Assembly (NCBI GenBank): GCA_964057225.1
Contig: CAXKVF010000073.1
Coordinates: 124,001-188,000 of the forward strand
Reading direction: 5' to 3'
Source: Auanema rhodensis
Taxonomy: Eukaryota > Animalia > Nematoda
DNA: 64,000 bases
A program made the position numbers and the translations under genes. Each line of letters opens with the position of its first letter. Position 1 is the first letter of the stretch. Under the pieces are notes generated by a model. It searched no databases. It had not been told where the DNA came from and saw only the letters and a program-made list of their open reading frames with translations. Below are positions 1-14,178 of the stretch, in pieces.

Positions 1-3000
1 AGCATAAATTAAAGTTCACGTAAATTTCAAAGTCATGGTTACCATGAACCAATATCAATAAAAATTTGTTTTTAGACTAATATGGACATGGGGAATCTAA
101 TTTTGAAAACCGCATCTCTTTATCTTTCACGTGAAGCGAGTTACATACCAAGTGCACATCACGTGTACATTTAATTAGCATAAATTAAAGTTCACGTAAA
201 TTTCAAAGTCATGGTTACCATGAAGCAATATCAATAAAAATTTGTTTTTAGACTAATATGGACATGGGGAATCTAATTTTGAAAACCGCATCTCTTTATC
301 TTTCACGTGAAGCGAGTTACATACCAAGTGCACATCACGTGTACATTTAATTAGCATAAATTAAAGTTCACGTAAATTTCAAAGTCATGGTTACCATGAA
401 CCAATATCAATAAAAATTTGTTTTTAGACTAATATGGACATGGGGAATCTAAATTTGAAAACCGCATCTCTTTATCTTTCACGTGAAGCGAGTTACATAC
501 CAAGTGCACATCACGTGTACATTTAATTAGCATAAATTAAAGTTCACGTAAATTTCAAAGTCATGGTTACCATGAAGCAATATCAATAAAAATTTGTTTT
601 TAGACTAATATGGACATGGGGAATCTAATTTTGAAAACCGCATCTCTTTATCTTTCACGTGAAGCGAGTTACATACCAAGTGCACATCACGTGTACATTT
701 AATTAGCATAAATTAAAGTTCACGTAAATTTCAAAGTCATGGTTACCATGAAGCAATATCAATAAAAATTTGTTTTTAGACTAAGATGGACATGGGGAAT
801 CTAATTTTGAAAACCGCATCTCTTTATCTTTCACGTGAAGCGAGTTACATACCAAGTGCACATCACGTGTACATTTAATTAGCATAAATTAAAGTTCACG
901 TAAATTTCAAAGTCATGGTTACCATGAACCAATATCAATAAAAATTTGTTTTTAGACTAATATGGACATGGGGAATCTAATTTTGAAAACCGCATCTCTT
1001 TATCTTTCACGTGAAGCGAGTTACATACCAAGTGCACATCACGTGTACATTTAATTAGCATAAATTAAAGTTCACGTAAATTTCAAAGTCATGGTTACCA
1101 TGAAGCAATATCAATAAAAATTTGTTTTTAGACTAAGATGGACATGGGGAATCTAATTTTGAAAACCGCATCTCTTTATCTTTCACGTGAAGCGAGTTAC
1201 ATACCAAGTGCACATCACGTGTACATTTAATTAGCATAAATTAAAGTTCACGTAAATTTCAAAGTCATGGTTACCATGAACCAATATCAATAAAAATTTG
1301 TTTTTAGACTAATATGGACATGGGGAATCTAATTTTGAAAACCGCATCTCTTTATCTTTCACGTGAAGCGAGTTACATACCAAGTGCACATCACGTGTAC
1401 ATTTAATTAGCATAAATTAAAGTTCACGTAAATTTCAAAGTCATGGTTACCATGAACCAATATCAATAAAAATTTGTTTTTAGACTAATATGGACATGGG
1501 GAATCTAATTTTGAAAACCGCATCTCTTTATCTTTCACGTGAAGCGAGTTACATACCAAGTGCACATCACGCGTACATTTAATTAGCATAAATTAAAGTT
1601 CACGTAAATTTCAAAGTCATGGTTACCATGAAGCAATATCAATAAAAATTTGTTTTTAGACTAATATGGACATGGGGAATCTAATTTTGAAAACCGCATC
1701 TCTTTATCTTTCACGTGAAGCGAGTTACATACCAAGTGCACATCACGTGTACATTTAATTAGCATAAATTAAAGTTCACGTAAATTTCAAAGTCATGGTT
1801 ACCATGAAGCAATATCAATAAAAATTTGTTTTTAGACTAATATGGACATGGGGAATCTAATTTTGAAAACCGCATCTCTTTATCTTTCACGTGAAGCGAG
1901 TTACATACCAAGTGCACATCACGTGTACATTTAATTAGCATAAATTAAAGTTCACGTAAATTTCAAAGTCATGGTTACCATGAACCAATATCAATAAAAA
2001 TTTGTTTTTAGAATAATATGGACATGGGGAATCTAATTTTGAAAACCGCATCTCTTTATCTTTCACGTGAAGCGAGTTACATACCAAGTGCACATCACGT
2101 GTACATTTAATTAGCATAAATTAAAGTTCACGTAAAATTCAAAGTCATGGTTACCATGCACCAATATCAATAAAAATTTGTTTTTAGACTAATATGGACA
2201 TGGGGAATCTAATTTTGAAAACCGCATCTCTTTATCTTTCACGTGAAGCGAGTTAAATACCAAGTGCACATCACGTGTACATTTAATTAGCATAAATTAA
2301 AGTTCACGTAAATTTCAAAGTCATGGTTACCATGAACCAATATCAATAAAAATTTGTTTTTAGACTAATATGGACATGGGGAATCTAATTTTGAAAACCG
2401 CATCTCTTTATCTTTCACGTGAAGCAAGTTACATACCAAGTGCACATCACGTGTACATTTAATTAGCATAAATTAAAGTTCACGTAAATTTCAAAGTCAT
2501 GGTTACCATGAAGCAATATCAATAAAAATTTGTTTTTAGACTAATATGGACATGGGGAATCTAATTTTGAAAACCGCATCTCTTTATCTTTCACGTGAAG
2601 CGAGTTACATACCAAGTGCACATCACGTGTACATTTAATTAGCATAAATTAAAGTTCACGTAAATTTCAAAGTCATGGTTACCATGAAGCAATATCAATA
2701 AAAATTTGTTTTTAGACTAATATGGACATGGGGAATCTAATTTTGAAAACCGCATCTCTTTATCTTTCACGTGAAGCGAGTTACATACCAAGTGCACATC
2801 ACGTGTACATTTAATTAGCATAAATTAAAGTTCACGTAAATTTCAAAGTCATGGTTACCATGAAGCAATATCAATAAAAATTTGTTTTTAGACTAATATG
2901 GACATGGGGAATCAAATTTTGAAAACCGCATCTCTTTATCTTTCACGTGAAGCGAGTTACATACCAAGTGCACATCACGTGTACATTTAATTAGCATAAA

Positions 3001-6000
3001 TTAAAGTTCACGTAAATTTCAAAGTCATGGTTACCATGAAGCAATATCAATAAAAATTTGTTTTTAGACTAATATGGACATGGGGAATCTAATTTTGAAA
3101 ACCGCATCTCTTTATCTTTCACGTGAAGCGAGTTACATACCAAGTGCACATCACGTGTACATTTAATTAGCATAAATTAAAGTTCACGTAAATTTCAAAG
3201 TCATGGTTACCATGAACCAATATCAATAAAAATTTGTTTTTAGACTAATATGGACATGGGGAATCTAATTTTGAAAACCGCATCTCTTTATCTTTCACGT
3301 GAAGCGAGTTACATACCAAGTGCACATCACGTGTACATTTAATTAGCATAAATTAAAGTTCACGTAAATTTCAAAGTCATGGTTACCATGAAGCAATATC
3401 AATAAAAATTTGTTTTTAGACTAATATGGACATGGGGAATCTAATTTTGAAAACCGCATCTCTTTATCTTTCACGTGAAGCGAGTTACATACCAAGTGCA
3501 CATCACGTGTACATTTAATTAGCATAAATTAAAGTTCACGTAAATTTCAAAGTCATGGTTACCATGAAGCAATATCAATCAAAATTTGTTTTTAGACTAA
3601 TATGGACATGGGGAATCTAATTTTGAAAACCGCATCTCTTTATCTTTCACGTGAAGCGAGTTACATACCAAGTGCACATCACGTGTACATTTAATTAGCA
3701 TAAATTAAAGTTCACGTAAATTTCAAAGTCATGGTTACCATGAAGCAATATCAATAAAAATTTGTTTTTAGACTAATATGGACATGGGGAATCTAATTTT
3801 GAAAACCGCATCTCTTTATCTTTCACGTGAAGCGAGTTACATACCAAGTGCACATCACGTGTACATTTAATTAGCATAAATTAAAGTTCACGTAAATTTC
3901 AAAGTCATGGTTACCATGAACCAATATCAATAAAAATTTGTTTTTAGACTAATATGGACATGGGGAATCTAATTTTGAAAACCGCATCTCTTTATCTTTC
4001 ACGTGAAGCGAGTTACATACCAAGTGCACATCACGTGTACATTTAATTAGCATAAATTAAAGTTCACGTAAATTTCAAAGTCATGGTTACCATGAAGCAA
4101 TATCAATAAAAATTTGTTTTTAGACTAATATGGACATGGGGAATCTAATTTTGAAAACCGCATCTCTTTATCTTTCACGTGAAGCGAGTTACATACCAAG
4201 TGCACATCACGTGTACATTTAATTAGCATAAATTAAAGTTCACGTAAATTTCAAAGTCATGGTTACCATGAAGCAATATCAATAAAAATTTGTTTTTAGA
4301 CTAATATGGACATGGGGAATCTAATTTTGAAAACCGCATCTCTTTATCTTTCACGTGAAGCGAGTTACATACCAAGTGCACATCACGTGTACATTTAATT
4401 AGCATAAATTAAAGTTCACGTAAATTTCAAAGTCATGGTTACCATGAACCAATATCAATAAAAATTTGTTTTTAGACTAATATGGACATGGGGAATCTAA
4501 TTTTGAAAACCGCATCTCTTTATCTTTCACGTGAAGCGAGTTACATACCAAGTGCACATCACGTGTACATTTAATTAGCATAAATTAAAGTTCACGTAAA
4601 TTTCAAAGTCATGGTTACCATGAAGCAATATCAATAAAAATTTGTTTTTAGACTAATATGGACATGGGGAATTTAATTTTGAAAACCGCATCTCTTTATC
4701 TTTCACGTGAAGCGAGTTACATACCAAGTGCACATCACGTGTACATTTAATTAGCATAAATTAAAGTTCACGTAAATTTCAAAGTCATGGTTACCATGCA
4801 CCAATATCAATAAAAATTTGTTTTTAGACTAATATGGACATGGGGAATCTAATTTTGAAAACCGCATCTCTTTATCTTTCACGTGAAGCGAGTTACATAC
4901 CAAGTGCACATCACGTGTACATTTAATTAGCATGAATTAAAGTTCACGTAAATTTCAAAGTCATGGTTACCATGAACCAATATCAATAAAAATTTGTTTT
5001 TAGACTAATATGGACATGGGGAATCTAATTTTGAAAACCGCATCTCTTTATCTTTCACGTGAAGCGAGTTACATACCAAGTGCACATCACGTGTACATTT
5101 AATTAGCATAAATTAAAGTTCACGTAAATTTCAAAGTCATGGTTACCATGAAGCAATATCAATAAAAATTTGTTTTTAGACTAATATGGACATGGGGAAT
5201 CTAATTTTGAAAACCGCATCTCTTTATCTTTCACGTGAAGCGAGTTACATACCAAGTGCACATCACGTGTACATTTAATTAGCATAAATTAAAGTTCACG
5301 TAAATTTCAAAGTCATGGTTACCATGAAGCAATATCAATAAAAATTTGTTTTTAGACTAATATGGACATGGGGAATCTAATTTTGAAAACCGCATCTCTT
5401 TATCTTTCACGTGAAGCGAGTTACATACCAAGTGCACATCACGTGTACATTTAATTAGCATAAATTAAAGTTCACGTAAATTTCAAAGTCATGGTTACCA
5501 TGAACCAATATCAATAAAAATTTGTTTTTAGACTAATATGGACATGGGGAATCTAATTTTGAAAACCGCATCTCTTTATCTTTCACGTGAAGCGAGTTAC
5601 ATACCAAGTGCACATCACGTGTACATTTAATTAGCATAAATTAAAGTTCACGTAAATTTCAAAGTCATGGTTACCATGAAGCAATATCAATAAAAATTTG
5701 TTTTTAGACTAATATGGACATGGGGAATCTAATTTTGAAAACCGCATCTCTTTATCTTTCACGTGAAGCGAGTTACATACCAAGTGCACATCACGTGTAC
5801 ATTTAATTAGCATAAATTAAAGTTCACGTAAATTTCAAAGTCATGGTTACCATGCACCAATATCAATAAAAATTTGTTTTTAGACTAATATGGACATGGG
5901 GAATCTAATTTTGAAAACCGCATCTCTTTATCTTTCACGTGAAGCGAGTTACATACCAAGTGCACATCACGTGTACATTTAATTAGCATAAATTAAAGTT

Positions 6001-9000
6001 CACGTAAATTTCAAAGTCATGGTTACCATGAAGCAATATCAATAAAAATTTGTTTTTAGACTAATATGGACATGGGGAATCTAATTTTGAAAACCGCATC
6101 TCTTTATCTTTCACGTGAAGCGAGTTACATACCAAGTGCACATCACGTGTACATTTAATTAGCATAAATTAAAGTTCACGTAAATTTCAAAGTCATGGTT
6201 ACCATGAACCAATATCAATAAAAATTTGTTTTTAGACTAATATGGACATGGGGAATCTAATTTTGAAAACCGCATCTCTTTATCTTTCACGTGAAGCGAG
6301 TTACATACCAAGTGCACATTACGTGTACATTTAATTAGCATAAATTAAAGTTCACGTAAATTTCAAAGTCATGGTTACCATGAAGCAATATCAATAAAAA
6401 TTTGTTTTTAGACTAATATGGACATGGGGAATCTAATTTTGAAAACCGCATCTCTTTATCTTTCACGTGAAGCGAGTTACATACCAAGTGCACATCACGT
6501 GTACATTTAATTAGCATAAATTAAAGTTCACGTAAATTTCAAAGTCATGGTTACCATGAACCAATATCAATAAAAATTTGTTTTTAGACTAATATGGACA
6601 TGGGGAATCTAATTTTGAAAACCGCATCTCTTTATCTTTCACGTGAAGCGAGTTACATACCAAGTGCACATCACGTGTACATTTAATTAGCATAAATTAA
6701 AGTTCACGTAAATTTCAAAGTCATGGTTACCATGAACCAATATCAATAAAAATTTGTTTTTAGACTAATATGGACATGAAGAATCTAATTTTGAAAACCG
6801 CATCTCTTTATCTTTCACGTGAAGCGAGTTACATACCAAGTGCACATCACGTGTACATTTAATTAGCATAAATTAAAGTTCACGTAAATTTCAAAGTCAT
6901 GGTTACCATGAACCAATATCAATAAAAATTTGTTTTTAGACTAATATGGACATGGGGAATCTAATTTTGAAAACCGCATCTCTTTATCTTTCACGTGAAG
7001 CGAGTTACATACCAAGTGCACATTACGTGTACATTTAATTAGCATAAATTAAAGTTCACGTAAATTTCAAAGTCATGGTTACCATGAACCAATATCAATA
7101 AAAATTTGTTTTTAGACTAATATGGACATGGGGAATCTAATTTTGAAAACCGCATCTCTTTATCTTTCACGTGAAGCGAGTTACATACCAAGTGCACATC
7201 ACGTGTACATTTAATTAGCATAAATTAAAGTTCACGTAAAATTCAAAGTCATGGTTACCATGAACCAATATCAATAAAAATTTGTTTTTAGACTAATATG
7301 GACATGGGGAATCTAATTTTGAAAACCGCATCTCTTTATCTTTCACGTGAAGCGAGTTACATACCAAGTGCACATCACGTGTACATTTAATTAGCATAAA
7401 TTAAAGTTCACGTAAATTTCAAAGTCATGGTTACCATGAAGCAATATCAATAAAAATTTGTTTTTAGACTAATATGGACATGGGGAATCTAATTTTGAAA
7501 ACCGCATCTCTTTATCTTTCACGTGAAGCGAGTTACATACCAAGTGCACATCACGTGTACATTTAATTAGCATAAATTAAAGTTCACGTAAATTTCAAAG
7601 TCATGGTTACCATGAACCAATATCAATAAAAATTTGTTTTTAGACTAATATGGACATGGGGAATCTAATTTTGAAAACCGCATCTCTTTATCTTTCACGT
7701 GAAGCGAGTTACATACCAAGTGCACATCACGTGTACATTTAATTAGCATAAATTAAAGTTCACGTAAATTTCAAAGTCATGGTTACCATGAACCAATATC
7801 AATAAAAATTTGTTTTTAGACTAATATGGACATGAAGAATCTAATTTTGAAAACCGCATCTCTTTATCTTTCACGTGAAGCGAGTTACATACCAAGTGCA
7901 CATCACGTGTACATTTAATTAGCATAAATTAAAGTTCACGTAAATTTCAAAGTCATGGTTACCATGAACCAATATCAATAAAAATTTGTTTTTAGACTAA
8001 TATGGACATGGGGAATCTAATTTTGAAAACCGCATCTCTTTATCTTTCACGTGAAGCGAGTTACATACCAAGTGCACATTACGTGTACATTTAATTAGCA
8101 TAAATTAAAGTTCACGTAAATTTCAAAGTCATGGTTACCATGAAGCAATATCAATAAAAATTTGTTTTTAGACTAATATGGACATGGGGAATCTAATTTT
8201 GAAAACCGCATCTCTTTATCTTTCACGTGAAGCGAGTTACATACCAAGTGCACATCACGTGTACATTTAATTAGCATAAATTAAAGTTCACGTAAATTTC
8301 AAAGTCATGGTTACCATGAACCAATATCAATAAAAATTTGTTTTTAGACTAATATGGACATGGGGAATCTAATTTTGAAAACCGCATCTCTTTATCTTTC
8401 ACGTGAAGCGAGTTACATACCAAGTGCACATCACGTGTACATTTAATTAGCATAAATTAAAGTTCACGTAAATTTCAAAGTCATGGTTACCATGAACCAA
8501 TATCAATAAAAATTTGTTTTTAGACTAATATGGACATGGGGAATCTAAATTTGAAAACCGCATCTCTTTATCTTTCACGTGAAGCGAGTTACATACCAAG
8601 TGCACATCACGTGTACATTTAATTAGCATAAATTAAAGTTCACGTAAATTTCAAAGTCATGGTTACCATGAACCAATATCAATAAAAATTTGTTTTTAGA
8701 CTAATATGGACATGGGGAATCTAATTTTGAAAACCGCATCTCTTTATCTTTCACGTGAAGCGAGTTACATACCAAGTGCACATTACGTGTACATTTAATT
8801 AGCATAAATTAAAGTTCACGTAAATTTCAAAGTCATGGTTACCATGAACCAATATCAATACAAATTTGTTTTTAGACTAATATGGACATGGGGAATCTAA
8901 TTTTGAAAACCGCATCTCTTTATCTTTCACGTGAAGCGAGTTACATACAAAGTGCACATCACGTGTACATTTAATTAGCATAAATTAAAGTTCACGTAAA

Positions 9001-12000
9001 TTTCAAAGTCATGGTTACCATGAACCAATATCAATAAAAATTTGTTTTTAGACTAATATGGACATGGGGAATCTAATTTTGAAAACCGCATCTCTTTATC
9101 TTTCACGTGAAGCGAGTTACATACCAAGTGCACATCACGTGTACATTTAATTAGCATGAATTAAAGTTCACGTAAATTTCAAAGTCATGGTTACCATGAA
9201 CCAATATCAATAAAAATTTGTTTTTAGACTAATATGGACATGGGGAATCTAATTTTGAAAACCGCATCTCTTTATCTTTCACGTGAAGCGAGTTACATAC
9301 CAAGTGCACATCACGTGTACATTTAATTAGCATAAATTAAAGTTCACGTAAATTTCAAAGTCATGGTTACCATGAAGCAATATCAATAAAAATTTGTTTT
9401 TAGACTAATATGGACATGGGGAATCTAATTTTGAAAACCGCATCTTTTTATCTTTCACGTGAAGCGAGTTACATACCAAGTGCACATCACGTGTACATTT
9501 AATTAGCATAAATTAAAGTTCACGTAAATTTCAAAGTCATGGTTACCATGAACCAATATCAATAAAAATTTGTTTTTAGACTAATATGGACATGGGGAAT
9601 CTAATTTTGAAAACCGCATCTCTTTATCTTTCACGTGAAGCGAGTTACATACCAAGTGCACATTACGTGTACATTTAATTAGCATAAATTAAAGTTCACG
9701 TAAATTTCAAAGTCATGGTTACCATGAACCAATATCAATAAAAATTTGTTTTTAGACTAATATGGACATGGGGAATCTAATTTTGAAAACCGCATCTCTT
9801 TATCTTTCACGTGAAGCGAGTTACATACCAAGTGCACATCACGTGTACATTTAATTAGCATAAATTAAAGTTCACGTAAATTTCAAAGTCATGGTTACCA
9901 TGAACCAATATCAATAAAAATTTGTTTTTAGACTAATATGGACATGGGGAATCTAATTTTGAAAACCGCATCTCTTTATCTTTCACGTGAAGCGAGTTAC
10001 ATACCAAGTGCACATTACGTGTACATTTAATTAGCATAAATTAAAGTTCACGTAAATTTCAAAGTCATGGTTACCATGAAGCAATATCAATAAAAATTTG
10101 TTTTTAGACTAATATGGACATGGGGAATCTAATTTTGAAAACCGCATCTCTTTATCTTTCACGTGAAGCGAGTTACATACCAAGTGCACATCACGTGTAC
10201 ATTTAATTAGCATAAATTAAAGTTCACGTAAATTTCAAAGTCATGGTTACCATGAACCAATATCAATAAAAATTTGTTTTTAGACTAATATGGACATGGG
10301 GAATCTAATTTTGAAAACCGCATCTCTTTATCTTTCACGTGAAGCGAGTTACATACCAAGTGCACATCACGTGTACATTTAATTAGCATAAATTAAAGTT
10401 CACGTAAAATTCAAAGTCATGGTTACCATGAACCAATATCAATAAAAATTTGTTTTTAGACTAATATGGACATGGGGAATCTAATTTTGAAAACCGCATC
10501 TCTTTATCTTTCACGTGAAGCGAGTTACATACCAAGTGCACATCACGTGTACATTTAATTAGCATAAATTAAAGTTCACATAAATTTCAAAGTCATGGTT
10601 ACCATGAAGCAATATCAATAAAAATTTGTTTTTAGACTAATATGGACATGGGGAATCTAATTTTGAAAACCGCATCTCTTTATCTTTCACGTGAAGCGAG
10701 TTACATACCAAGTGCACATCACGTGTACATTTAATTAGCATAAATTAAAGTTCACGTAAATTTCAAAGTCATGGTTACCATGAACCAATATCAATAAAAA
10801 TTTGTTTTTAGACTAATATGGACATGGGGAATCTAATTTTGAAAACCGCATCTCTTTATCTTTCACGTGAAGCGAGTTACATACCAAGTGCACATCACGT
10901 GTACATTTAATTAGCATAAATTAAAGTTCACGTAAATTTCAAAGTCATGGTTACCATGAAGCAATATCAATAAAAATTTGTTTTTAGACTAATATGGACA
11001 TGGGGAATCTAATTTTGAAAACCGCATCTCTTTATCTTTCACGTGAAGCGAGTTACATACCAAGTGCACATCACGTGTACATTTAATTAGCATAAATTAA
11101 AGTTCACGTAAATTTCAAAGTCATGGTTACCATGAACCAATATCAATAAAAATTTGTTTTTAGACCAATATGGACATAGGGAATCTAATTTTGAAAACCG
11201 CATCTCTTTATCTTTCACGTGAAGCGAGTTACATACCAAGTGCACATTACGTGTACATTTAATTAGCATAAATTAAAGTTCACGTAAATTTCAAAGTCAT
11301 GGTTACCATGAAGCAATATCAATAAAAATTTGTTTTTAGACTAATATGGACATGGGGAATCTAATTTTGAAAACCGCATCTCTTTATCTTTCACGTGAAG
11401 CGAGTTACATACCAAGTGCACATCACGTGTACATTTAATTAGCATAAATTAAAGTTCACGTAAATTTCAAAGTCATGGTTACCATGAACCAATATCAATA
11501 AAAATTTGTTTTTAGACTAATATGGACATGGGGAATCTAATTTTGAAAACCGCATCTCTTTATCTTTCACGTGAAGCGAGTTACATACCAAGTGCACATC
11601 ACGTGTACATTTAATTAGCATAAATTAAAGTTCACGTAAATTTCAAAGTCATGGTTACCATGAAGCAATATCAATAAAAATTTGTTTTTAGACTAATATG
11701 AACATGGGGAATCTAATTTTGAAAACCGCATCTCTTTATCTTTCACGTGAAGCGAGTTACATACCAAGTGCACATCACGTGTACAGTTAATTAGCATAAA
11801 TTAAAGTTCACGTAAATTTCAAAGTCATGGTTACCATGAACCAATATCAATAAAAATTTGTTTTTAGACTAATATGGACATGGGGAATCTAATTTTGAAA
11901 ACCGCATCTCTTTATCTTTCACGTGAAGCGAGTTACATACCAAGTGCACATCACGTGTACAATTAATTAGCATAAATTAAAGTTCACGTAAATTTCAAAG

Positions 12001-12320
12001 TCATGGTTACCATGAAGCAATATCAATAAAAATTTGTTTTTAGACTAATATGGACATGGGGAATCTAATTTTGAAAACCGCATCTCTTTATCTTTCACGT
12101 GAAGCGAGTTACATACCAAGTGCACATCACGTGTACATTTAATTAGCATGAATTAAAGTTCACGTAAATTTCAAAGTCATGGTTACCATGCACCAATATC
12201 AATAAAAATTTGTTTTTAGACTAATATGGACATGGGGAATCTAATTTTGAAAACCGCATCTCTTTATCTTTCACGTGAAGCGAGTTACATACCAAGTGCA
12301 CATCACGTGTACATTAAATT

Positions 12321-12457
12321 AGCATGAATTAAAGTTCACGTAAATTTTGTTTTTAGACTAATATGGACATGGGGAATCTAATTTTGAAAACCGCATCTCT
12401 TTATCTTCCACGTGAAGCGAGTTACATACCAAGTGCACATCACGTGTACATTTAATT
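12321..12457 (+). repeat. 137-bp deletion monomer (39-bp deletion), copy 1
   Basis: Reads TTCACGTAAATTTTGTTTTTAG, lacking monomer positions ~28-66. Next unit starts at 12458. Confidence 0.95.
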
Positions 12458-14041
12458 AGCATAAATTAAAGTTCACGTAAATTTCAAAGTCATGGTTACC
12501 ATGAACCAATATCAATAAAAATTTGTTTTTAGACTAATATGGACATGGGGAATCTAATTTTGAAAACCGCATCTCTTTATCTTTCACGTGAAGCGAGTTA
12601 CATACCAAGTGCACATCACGTGTACATTTAATTAGCATAAATTAAAGTTCACGTAAATTTCAAAGTCATGGTTACCATGCACCAATATCAATAAAAATTT
12701 GTTTTTAGACTAATATGGACATGGGGAATCTAATTTTGAAAACCGCATCTCTTTATCTTCCACGTGAAGCGAGTTACATACCAAGTGCACATCACGTGTA
12801 CATTTAATTAGCATAAATTAAAGTTCACGTAAATTTCAAAGTCATGGTTACCATGCACCAATATCAATAAAAATTTGTTTTTAGACTAATATGGACATGG
12901 GGAATCTAATTTTGAAAACCGCATCTCTTTATCTTTCACGTGAAGCGAGTTACATACCAAGTGCACATCACGTGTACATTTAATTAGCATAAATTAAAGT
13001 TCACGTAAATTTCAAAGTCATGGTTACCATGAACCAATATCAATAAAAATTTGTTTTTAGACTAATATGGAAATGGGGAATCTAAATTTGAAAACCGCAT
13101 CTCTTTATCTTTCACGTGAAGCGAGTTACATACCAAGTGCACATCACGTGTACATTTAATTAGCATAAATTAAAGTTCACGTAAATTTCAAAGTCATGGT
13201 TACCATGAACCAATATCAATAAAAATTTGTTTTTAGACTAATATGGACATGGGGAATCTAATTTTGAAAACCGCATCTCTTCATCTTTCACGTGAAGCGA
13301 GTTACATACCAAGTGCACATCACGTGTACATTTAATTAGCATGAATTAAAGTTCACGTAAATTTCAAAGTCATGGTTACCATGAACCAATATCAATAAAA
13401 ATTTGTTTTTAGACTAATATGGACATGGGGAATCTAATTTTGAAAACCGCATCTCTTTATCTTTCACGTGAAGCGAGTTACATGTCAAGTGCACATCACG
13501 TGTACATTTAATTAGCATAAATTAAAGTTCACGTAAATTTCAAAGTCATGGTTACCATGAACCAATATCAATAAAAATTTGTTTTTAGACTAATATGGAC
13601 ATGGGGAATCTAATTTTGAAAACCGCATCTCTTTATCTTTCACGTGAAGCGAGTTACATACCAAGTGCACATCACGTGTACATTTAATTAGCATAAATTA
13701 AAGTTCACGTAAATTTCAAAGTCATGGTTACCATGAAGCAATATCAATAAAAATTTGTTTTTAGACTAATATGGACATGGGGAATCTAATTTTGAAAACC
13801 GCATCTCTTTATCTTTCACGTGAAGCGAGTTACATACCAAGTGCACATCACGTGTACATTTAATTAGCATAAATTAAAGTTCACGTAAATTTCAAAGTCA
13901 TGGTTACCATGCACCAATATCAATAAAAATTTGTTTTTAGACTAATATGGACATGGGGAATCTAATTTTGAAAACCGCATCTCTTTATCTTTCACGTGAA
14001 GCGAGTTACATACCAAGTGCACATCACGTGTACATTAAATT

Positions 14042-14178
14042 AGCATGAATTAAAGTTCACGTAAATTTTGTTTTTAGACTAATATGGACATGGGGAATCT
14101 AATTTTGAAAACCGCATCTCTTTATCTTCCACGTGAAGCGAGTTACATACCAAGTGCACATCACGTGTACATTTAATT
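14042..14178 (+). repeat. 137-bp deletion monomer, copy 2
   Basis: Same junction, with the linked markers TTAAATT/AGCATG upstream and CTTCCACG downstream. Confidence 0.95.

Noticed and set aside
1-176. Identity with Brassica CentBr (176 bp), Arabidopsis CEN178 or primate alpha satellite
   Set aside because: Only the length is similar. I recognise no sequence similarity and see no CENP-B box.
1-176. Tandem 5S rRNA, tRNA or spliced-leader RNA gene unit, or a satellite hammerhead ribozyme
   Set aside because: No 5S/tRNA internal promoter boxes or cloverleaf, no SL1 sequence, and no CTGANGA core seen on either strand.
158-262. Budding-yeast point centromere likeness (ATCACGTG = CDEI consensus, 77 bp, then TGTTTTT)
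   Set aside because: The spacer is only ~77% AT (CDEII is >90%) and the essential CCG core of CDEIII is absent.
1935-2117. 60-aa minus-strand ORF in the track
   Set aside because: It is one satellite monomer in which a single SNP (GACTAA>GAATAA, 2013) removes the usual stop; there is no coding context.
11087-11269. Second 60-aa minus-strand ORF
   Set aside because: Same artefact through a different SNP (GACTAA>GACCAA, 11166). All other full-length monomers keep the stop.
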